From contig JBEKDF010000039.1 in NCBI GenBank assembly GCA_050014495.1, positions 1 through 25,614 on the forward strand: a DNA stretch of 25,614 nt. Direction: 5' to 3'. The translations under genes and the position numbers were made by a program. Within the stretch, counting starts at the first letter, position 1, and the number at the start of each line of letters is the position of its first letter. Positions 1-7,040 of this stretch are shown piece after piece. Origin of the DNA: Candidatus Bathyarchaeia archaeon (GTDB taxonomy: Archaea; Thermoproteota; Bathyarchaeia; TCS64). The notes beneath the pieces are model-generated. The model was given only the letters and a program-made list of their open reading frames with translations, ran no database searches and was not told the origin of the DNA.

Positions 1-207
1 CGGCTTATTCAGCTGCTCGAGGAAAAGAATGATCCTGAGAAGGCTCAACTTGCATTTCGTTGCCTTCACCGGCTCCTGGAGGAGAACCCGGGTCGACCCA
101 AGTACCCGGAGTTCAGCTGGGAGTACCTATCATACTATGTATACAAGGGGGAGGAGCACATCTTAAACCGTCTCGAGGAGATGAAGAAGACGAAGCTCGT
201 CGACTAG
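1..207 (+). CDS. Hypothetical protein, 3' end (truncated by window edge)
   Basis: Frame 1 is open from base 1 to TAG at 205-207 and reads RLIQLLEEKNDPEKAQLAFRCLHRLLEENPGRPKYPEFSWEYLSYYVYKGEEHILNRLEEMKKTKLVD. Composition is protein-like; no family recognised. Confidence 0.65.
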   Translation, partial: RLIQLLEEKNDPEKAQLAFRCLHRLLEENPGRPKYPEFSWEYLSYYVYKGEEHILNRLEEMKKTKLVD

Positions 208-320
208 ATTCATGCTAAGCCTATGCTCATGATATTGTGGACAAGCGTCCGTAAACCGAAATAGAATCCATTTAAATTCACGCAAATGAGACGAGAGAAT
301 CCCAATTGGTCCCAGATTGG

Positions 321-1307
321 TTATCCTTGGTAGGGAGGGGTCCATGGGAGGATGATCTTACCCGTCTTATCCATCTCCTCCCAGTACCCCCACTGCTCAT
401 CCACGGAGAGCTGCATATACTCAAGGGCCGCCTCGTTCTTCCATAGATGGGAGAACCTCCCCTGCTTCATGACGTACTCACTGATCCTCCTCCTAGTCGC
501 CGGCTTCGAAGTGAGTCTGAAGTGCCCATTCTCATACTCCCAAAGAGCCCACATCCCCGTGCTGACAGCCATCTGCCCGATCTCAATCGTCTCCTCGGGT
601 GGGAAGGCCCAACCCTTGGGGCAAGGTGCAAGCAACTGAACCAGCGAAGGCCTACCACTGGAGAGTGCTTTCCTTACCTTATTGACGAGATCAACAGGAT
701 TCGACACCGAGGCCGTGGCAACGTAGCCAATCGACGGGTGCACCGCGGCTATCAGGGCCATGTCCTTCTTAAGCCTCTCATTACCGATGGCCTTGACCTT
801 CCCCGAGGGGGTGAAGGTGGTAGAGGAGCCGAATGGCGTCGTGCTTGACGCCTGAACACCAGTGTTCGCGTACGACTCATTATCGTAGAGGAGGTAGAGT
901 AGGTGCGGATAATCATAGGTCAGACCCATGGATAGGCCACTCAGACCAATATCCGCGAACCCACCATCGCCACCGTAGACGACGACGTTCACATCCTCCA
1001 CCTTACGCTTCCCCTTAAACATGAGGGCCCTGAGAGCAGCCGCCGTACCGATGCCCGCCGCTCCACCGGCCCCAAGCTGGGTGTGATACCACGGAACCGC
1101 GTATGGAGATGACAGGAACTGGTGCCCATTCGCCACATACATGCAACCAGTCGGACCAAGCACAATGGTCTTAGGACCAGCCGCCTTCAACACCAACCTG
1201 TAACCCAGTGCAGGGCCACACCCAGCGCAGGTCCTGTGACCCGAGACGTAGTAGTCCTCAGCGGGTATCTCCGTAAGCTTCCTGATCAACCTAGGTTCCC
1301 CACTCAT
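321..1307 (-). CDS. 2-oxoacid:ferredoxin oxidoreductase beta subunit (PorB family, TPP-binding), oxalate oxidoreductase-like
   Basis: GHRTCAGCG, GPTGCMYVAN and APCPKGW supply the [4Fe-4S] cysteines. The TPP/Mg motif is GDGG...DNESYANTG. Start overlaps the alpha subunit stop (ATGA). Confidence 0.95.
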   Translation of the reverse strand: MSGEPRLIRKLTEIPAEDYYVSGHRTCAGCGPALGYRLVLKAAGPKTIVLGPTGCMYVANGHQFLSSPYAVPWYHTQLGAGGAAGIGTAAALRALMFKGKRKVEDVNVVVYGGDGGFADIGLSGLSMGLTYDYPHLLYLLYDNESYANTGVQASSTTPFGSSTTFTPSGKVKAIGNERLKKDMALIAAVHPSIGYVATASVSNPVDLVNKVRKALSSGRPSLVQLLAPCPKGWAFPPEETIEIGQMAVSTGMWALWEYENGHFRLTSKPATRRRISEYVMKQGRFSHLWKNEAALEYMQLSVDEQWGYWEEMDKTGKIILPWTPPYQG

Positions 1308-2548
1308 ACATCTTCACCCCTCACAGTTACCCACCTGACGGGCTTATCCACGCGACCCTTCCTCACAGACTCGATTAATGCCTGTATGGATTTCTCGAGC
1401 TCAGGGATAGTCATCTCCCTGCCCCCAGCGAATATGTAGTCCATGATCAGAGGCCTCTGCTCAGCCTCGTAGAAGGCGGCCCTGACATCATTGTATAGGA
1501 CGCTCCCATTGCCCGGTGAACCGAAACTGTAGGAAAAGTCGACCACGCCAATACCCTTCACCCCATCGAGGGCCTTGACAAGTTCCTCCGTCGGGAAGGG
1601 CCTCAGATACTTCAATCGCAGCGACCCCACCTTTACCCCGGACTCCCTCATCCTCTCGACGACGTACTCGACGTTTCTGGAATACGCCCCCATCGAAAGG
1701 ATGGCGTAGTCGGCGTCCTCCATCTGGGTCCCCTCGAAGAATGGAGGATACTCTCTCCCAATCGTGTCTCCCCAGGCCTTCCACGCCTCCGGGATGACGA
1801 TGTTCTTCGCCCTCTTCATCGCTGCGTCGATGGACTTCCTCTGCTCGGGTCCGATCAGGGATGGGGCGATGTGCATCGCCTTACTCACCGACTCATAGGC
1901 CGGGTCGAGTGGGTGAAGAGGCTTGTAAGGCGGCAGGAACTTGGCCACCTGCTCCTTCGTCGGCGGTGTAACGGGTGAGGCGACGTGGGTGATGGCCGCG
2001 CCATCCAAAGCCACGAAGTGAGGCAGAAGAACCCTCGGGTCCTCAGCTATCCTATACGCGACGAGGGTCATCTCAAGAGCCTCCTGTGGATCCTTCGACC
2101 ACTCCATGAGCCACCCGACGTCCCTGAACATGAAGGCATCATTCCACTCCATGCCGAAGTTCCCGGGATCATCTAGCGACCGACAGCCCACGATACCCAC
2201 AACCGGTAATTGGCCAAGAGCTGTGACGACCGCGGCTTCAGCCCCGTAGACCAATCCGGTACCCGAGCTCCCCACGAAGGTCCTAGCCCCGACAGCGGAG
2301 GCGTGCTTCACGACCTCGAACTGGCTGTGCTCAGAGTCGCAAACCAGGTACTCCGCGTAGAAGTCCCCACCCGCTATCATCGTCGCGAGGGCATTCATGA
2401 TGCCCGTGTAGGGCCTGATGGGATAGGCAGCGATCACATCGACGTCCGCAAGCTTCACGGCCTCTGCAACTGATCGAGCCCCAGTCCACACACGCCTCTT
2501 CTGAACAGCCTTCTGAACGGCGACCTGCGAAGATTTACTCATCATCAA
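1304..2548 (-). CDS. 2-oxoacid:ferredoxin oxidoreductase alpha subunit (PorA family), oxalate oxidoreductase-like
   Basis: YPIRPYTGIM (family YPITP motif with Arg), SEHS catalytic Glu, LDG..ITH and LRPFP. RBS GAGGTGA at 2550-2556, so the true start may be ATG 2545 or 2542. Confidence 0.95.
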   Translation of the reverse strand: MMMSKSSQVAVQKAVQKRRVWTGARSVAEAVKLADVDVIAAYPIRPYTGIMNALATMIAGGDFYAEYLVCDSEHSQFEVVKHASAVGARTFVGSSGTGLVYGAEAAVVTALGQLPVVGIVGCRSLDDPGNFGMEWNDAFMFRDVGWLMEWSKDPQEALEMTLVAYRIAEDPRVLLPHFVALDGAAITHVASPVTPPTKEQVAKFLPPYKPLHPLDPAYESVSKAMHIAPSLIGPEQRKSIDAAMKRAKNIVIPEAWKAWGDTIGREYPPFFEGTQMEDADYAILSMGAYSRNVEYVVERMRESGVKVGSLRLKYLRPFPTEELVKALDGVKGIGVVDFSYSFGSPGNGSVLYNDVRAAFYEAEQRPLIMDYIFAGGREMTIPELEKSIQALIESVRKGRVDKPVRWVTVRGEDV

Positions 2549-2553
2549 TCACC

Positions 2554-3672
2554 TCAGTAAGCGTACTCGATGAGCGCCTCCCGAATCGTCAGGAACTCCT
2601 CCTCATCCAGGCCCTCCAGAGCCTGTAACTCATGGGGCATCGAAATCGCCTTCGAGCCACACACCCTCGCGCAGATTCCACACCCCTTACAATACTCGTA
2701 GTTGACCTTGATCGGTTCATAGTCGATGGCGCCGTCGGGGCAGAAGACGTGGCATAGCTTACAATTAACACACTTCCCATAATCAATCACCGGCCTGAAC
2801 GTCCTAGCGAAGCTCGTTTTGAAGCCGATGTTCCTCTCAGAGACCTTCGGCCCAAACTCGATGAGTGCCGGGGCAATCTGCTCCCAGCTCGGCATGGCTT
2901 CGATCCTCTGCTCGTATGTTGGGGCATTCGCGGCCCTCTCCTTGAGGCTCATGTAGGCCTCCCTGTCCCACCAACCCTTCGCCCCTTTGAACGGCTTCGC
3001 CTCACCTAAGCTGGATTTTAGCTTGTACTGTTCACAGTCCTGAGCCTTGAGCGTGACATCGAGGCTATCCGCCTCCTCGTAAGCGGACCTGACTGCATCA
3101 ACTGAATCGGTCTTCCCCTCGGATTCAAGTGACTCAACCACGTCATCTATCGAGTATAGTGGTTCCATCGCCTTGGCGATTGCCCCTGTCATTCCCAGTG
3201 CGATGTTTTGACCGTATTTCTTGGCTCTTAGGGTGATGATCTTACCCTCCCAGTCCTGGGCGCAGCCGTACTTCCTCACAAGATTCAGGATCACACTCGG
3301 TTTTAGAGACGTGTTAACGACGAGCGATGCCTTTTTCTTAGCTCCATCCATGAGCAACGCCCTCTGAGACGTCGATTTAACGAGGAGAGACGAGTCCAAC
3401 ACCGCCACCGTGTCGAAGACGCTGCCCACTGGCTCGACCTCCTCTGGAAGGATCACCCTGATCCTCGGGTTACCGAAGACAGCATAGTAAATGAATGGCA
3501 GCTGAACCCTCTCCGGGCTATCATCGTACCTCATGTAGTAGAACGCCTCTCTCCCCGCGGCTACACCCGCTTGGGAGAGGGTTAACGCGATCTGGGAGGA
3601 GTGTGCAGTGTTAATGACTCCTCTACCGTGAATGGCAAGCCACGTCAATTCCTCCAGCTCAGGCGAAACCAT
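2554..3672 (-). CDS. Fused gamma-delta subunit of 2-oxoacid:ferredoxin oxidoreductase (OOR delta-chain-like, 2x[4Fe-4S])
   Basis: N-terminal PorC/gamma-like domain (IHGRG, LVVNT) plus a C-terminal ferredoxin domain with CVNCKLCHVFCP and CKGCGICARVC. First gene of the operon. Confidence 0.92.
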   Translation of the reverse strand: MVSPELEELTWLAIHGRGVINTAHSSQIALTLSQAGVAAGREAFYYMRYDDSPERVQLPFIYYAVFGNPRIRVILPEEVEPVGSVFDTVAVLDSSLLVKSTSQRALLMDGAKKKASLVVNTSLKPSVILNLVRKYGCAQDWEGKIITLRAKKYGQNIALGMTGAIAKAMEPLYSIDDVVESLESEGKTDSVDAVRSAYEEADSLDVTLKAQDCEQYKLKSSLGEAKPFKGAKGWWDREAYMSLKERAANAPTYEQRIEAMPSWEQIAPALIEFGPKVSERNIGFKTSFARTFRPVIDYGKCVNCKLCHVFCPDGAIDYEPIKVNYEYCKGCGICARVCGSKAISMPHELQALEGLDEEEFLTIREALIEYAY

Positions 3673-3844
3673 ATGACTTCGAAGAAGCTCACATCTCGTA
3701 GCTCTTAAGCTGTATCACGATTACTGGACCCTTAACGGGACCATCAAACCAGAAGACTAAACCTCCCCGAGGATTCCTGAAGGCTTGTACATAATTTGAT
3801 TGAATAACCCCGGTATCACAACTATTCCCGGAGCCCAGCCAGAT

Positions 3845-4318
3845 ATGACTCACTTAACTAAAATCAGCTTCGGGGTAACCTCAGCCATAGTCACGAGCCT
3901 AGCCTTCATCGTGAGCCTAAGCGGAAACACCGAACCTCGGATGCCAATAATCGGCTCTCTGCTAGTCTTCGCAATAGCCGATAACATCTCCGACTCCCTA
4001 GGAATCCACATCTTCCAAGAATCAGACCTCAAGAAAACAGGCATAGTCAACACATCAACGGTCAGCAACTTCGTGACCAGATTCCTACTCATACTATCCT
4101 TCATCGCGGTCGTTTACCTGATACCTATACAACTCGCAGTGATCATCTCAGTTGTCTGGGGAATCTCGGTACTGATGGCTCTCACATACTTCATCGCCAT
4201 CGAACGAGAAACCAAACCAGTACCCGCAATGCTACAGCACCTCGCCATAGCAGCCCTTGTGGTGGTCGCAAGCCTGCTGCTACGATCATGGATAGTCACA
4301 TCCTTCAGCATGTCATAG
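3845..4318 (+). CDS. VIT1/CCC1-like small membrane protein
   Basis: About five hydrophobic segments; FGVTSAIVTSLA and AIADNISDSLGIHIFQES resemble VIT family TM1/TM2. ATG 3845 is preferred over TTG 3800. Confidence 0.65.
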   Translation: MTHLTKISFGVTSAIVTSLAFIVSLSGNTEPRMPIIGSLLVFAIADNISDSLGIHIFQESDLKKTGIVNTSTVSNFVTRFLLILSFIAVVYLIPIQLAVIISVVWGISVLMALTYFIAIERETKPVPAMLQHLAIAALVVVASLLLRSWIVTSFSMS

Positions 4319-4356
4319 ATTAACGTGTCCCATTACTAAAATTCACGAAAAATCAC

Positions 4357-5019
4357 CTATTCATCAGGCGATTTTTTCGTGTTCTCAGATGCTCTCCTCC
4401 AGCCCCACATCTTCAACGCAGTCGGGATCAGTGATACAAGCACAATGCCGATGATTGCGAAGGATAAATTCTGCTTGACGATGTCGAGACCCCCGAAGTA
4501 GAATCCTCCGAGGAGAAAGACCGAGACCCAGGCGACACCACCAACAATGTTGTAGAGGATGAAGCGCCTATACGACATACTCCCCATCCCCGCTAGGAAA
4601 GGCACGAAGGTTCGAACGAAGGGCACGAACCTCGCCAGTATGATTGCCTCTCCCCCATGCCTATCGAAGAAACTCTGCGCCTCATCGAGGTACTCCCTCC
4701 TAAGCACCCGTGAATCTTCGTGGAAGATCCTATGGCCGATGAAGTGGCCTATCGAGTAGTTCACCGTGTCACCAGCTATAGCCGCAGCCGTCAGCAAGAG
4801 GAACATCCCCTCGAGACTTAGAATGCCCTGGTTCGCCAATGTCCCCGCGACGAATATCATCGAGTCCCCGGGGAAAAAAGGCGTCACAACTAGACCAGTC
4901 TCACAAAATATGACCAGAAACATGAGGAGGTATGCCCATACCCCATATGTCTGGATGATGAGCACAATATACTTGTCAACGTGTAATACAAAGTCGATAA
5001 AGAACTCTATCGGCCCCAA
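4357..5019 (-). CDS. DedA family (VTT domain) membrane protein
   Basis: IFCETGLVVTPFFPGDSMIF, GDTVNY and ARFVPFVRTFVPFLAG are DedA motifs. Confidence 0.95.
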   Translation of the reverse strand: MGPIEFFIDFVLHVDKYIVLIIQTYGVWAYLLMFLVIFCETGLVVTPFFPGDSMIFVAGTLANQGILSLEGMFLLLTAAAIAGDTVNYSIGHFIGHRIFHEDSRVLRREYLDEAQSFFDRHGGEAIILARFVPFVRTFVPFLAGMGSMSYRRFILYNIVGGVAWVSVFLLGGFYFGGLDIVKQNLSFAIIGIVLVSLIPTALKMWGWRRASENTKKSPDE

Positions 5020-5394
5020 GATGTCCTATTAATGATCTCGTTTCTATTATCTTCTCCGACTCGCTCGAGGACCTGTTCAGCGTCAAACCTCACATGCGCG
5101 CGCCTCAGCGTAGGTTCAAGTCGGTTAACGCTCAACCTATCCTCATTGGAGAGTGTGCCAAGGTCTAAATAATTTCTAAAAAATTTTGCCATTCTAAGCA
5201 TGGACTCGACAACCTTGTGCATGCGCTGGTCCTGAGAAATGCATCAGTTCTGAAGACGCGATTCATAGGTCAATTCGAAATATCCGGCGAAGGCTGCAAT
5301 TAGTCTCTACGCAGGGTACCGCTTCTCATAACTCACATCAAGTGATGACCGAAAGTGCACTGACTATAAATTTGGTTGGGAAAATGTGTAGTCT

Positions 5395-6633
5395 ATGCCA
5401 GATTATACAGTCGGACGAGACGAAACAGCCAGCGTAGGACGCGTTGAGGGAGACCTGAAGGTCAGTCGCAACGCAACAATAAAAGCAGAAAAGGATGGAA
5501 AAGTCGTCGTAACTGGAGACGTCGTTTTCGATGGAGGAGCAATGATCGACTGCAGCCTCGAATGCAACTCGATCGAAGTGAGAGCTCGCGCCCACACAGG
5601 GGGTACGATCAAGGTCCATGGAGATCTCACAGTACACCAGGTTGCCGACGTAGCCGACTCTTTGGAGGTGGTGGGAATAGCAAATGCGGACGGCTTCGAC
5701 GTAGGCGGTCATTTGACGGCCGAGTCAATTAATTCTAAGCGAATCCGTGTAGGAGGTCATCTCAAAGTCAAGAACTCCATAGAGGCAGAGATAGTTGATG
5801 TTGCCGGCCACCTTACAGTTTCAGGTAATGTCAAGCTTGTCGACCTCCACGTTGGTGGACATGCGGAGGTCGGCGGAGGCAGAATAAGTGGCACCATCCA
5901 GGTGAGGGGTAATTTCTCAGCGAGCTCAGGCCTCGACTACGGCGAGCTTCAGACCTACGGCCATGTGGTTCTTCCGGCTAACAGTAAGGGCGATAAAATG
6001 TCCGCATCAGGTAGAGTGGAATTCGGAGGGGATACATTTTGTAGAGTCCTTGACGTCAAGGGCGTGGTTAAGGTAGCCGGCAACTGTAACTCGGAAAGCA
6101 TCGAGGTCGGCGGCAAGTTGAACGTCGCAGGTTCTCTAAGTGTCTCCAAGGATCTCAAGATCTTTGGGGTGACTGAAGTATTGGGGCAGGTCAAGTGTGA
6201 GAGCATCATCGTGGGTGGTAGGCTCAAAGCTGCTAGCATTTTAGTGGACGAAGAGGCTGATATCGACGGTGAGATTGAAAGTATGCGTGGCCTAAAAGCG
6301 AAGTCCATAATTGTGAGAAGAGGGTCGAGGGTAGTCGGCCCATTGGTTGGGAAACAGATCGAGATCGGTAAGTCAACCGGAGCATGGAGATTTCCAATGG
6401 GTGGTAGGCTAGCCTCGAGTGGGAGGAACACAAGCGTGGAGGATGTGCATGGAGGAACGATAAGGTTGGGGCCCGCCTCGCGAGCTAAACTCGTGTTTGC
6501 TGAGATTCTCGAGATGGATGATGGCAGCCACGCCGACCAGGTTACTTACACGAATGCTCTCAAGCTACATATGAACAACCTCCTGAACAAGCCAACGATG
6601 AAGACATCCGAGCTTCCCGATCCTCCGCTCTAG
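5395..6633 (+). CDS. Bactofilin-like (polymer-forming cytoskeletal family) beta-helix repeat protein
   Basis: V/G/I-rich with 16-17 aa periodicity (VEGDLKV, VHGDLTV, VGGHLTA, VGGHLKV, VAGHLTV, VGGKLNV, VGGRLKA). No TM segment. TATA-like CTATAAA near 5363. Confidence 0.7.
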   Translation: MPDYTVGRDETASVGRVEGDLKVSRNATIKAEKDGKVVVTGDVVFDGGAMIDCSLECNSIEVRARAHTGGTIKVHGDLTVHQVADVADSLEVVGIANADGFDVGGHLTAESINSKRIRVGGHLKVKNSIEAEIVDVAGHLTVSGNVKLVDLHVGGHAEVGGGRISGTIQVRGNFSASSGLDYGELQTYGHVVLPANSKGDKMSASGRVEFGGDTFCRVLDVKGVVKVAGNCNSESIEVGGKLNVAGSLSVSKDLKIFGVTEVLGQVKCESIIVGGRLKAASILVDEEADIDGEIESMRGLKAKSIIVRRGSRVVGPLVGKQIEIGKSTGAWRFPMGGRLASSGRNTSVEDVHGGTIRLGPASRAKLVFAEILEMDDGSHADQVTYTNALKLHMNNLLNKPTMKTSELPDPPL

Positions 6634-6651
6634 GATTAATGTAGGAGGTTA

Positions 6652-6942
6652 GTGGGTGTGGTGCGGAGTACAAAGAGGTCAAGAATGGAGCTTTACGCTG
6701 TGATTCTCGAGGTCATCACGCGCTATCCTGAGGGAGTAAGGATAACTAGGTTATCTTATGGGGTTGGTGTTCCGGTTGACAGATTAAAGTCTTTAATCGA
6801 TGATCTCTGTTCGAATGGTCTTGTTAGAAAGTCAACGAGCGAAGACGACACAGTTTATGGGGCAACCTCGAGGGGTAAGGACTTTCTCGAAACGTATTGG
6901 AAGATGAATGGTTTCTTTGAGATATTTGGGGAGAAGCGTTGA
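6652..6942 (+). CDS. Winged helix-turn-helix protein (archaeal Sso10a/HTH_45-like transcriptional regulator)
   Basis: KRSRMELYAVILE, ITRLSYGVGV, L...GLV and Y..T.RG..FL pattern. RBS AGGAGG upstream; 18 nt after the beta-helix gene. Confidence 0.85.
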   Translation: MGVVRSTKRSRMELYAVILEVITRYPEGVRITRLSYGVGVPVDRLKSLIDDLCSNGLVRKSTSEDDTVYGATSRGKDFLETYWKMNGFFEIFGEKR

Positions 6943-7040
6943 ATTTTCTTTCCTGTATTGTAGCAAGAGCATCTAATGTAAAATCAATGGGAGCCAAGTC
7001 CTCACTTAAAGACCTAGATTAATTGGTAAAAAAGGGGTCT

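Noticed and set aside
5007..5222. 71-aa minus-strand ORF upstream of the DedA gene
   Set aside because: No recognisable motif or RBS, and it overlaps the DedA start. It cannot be fully excluded.
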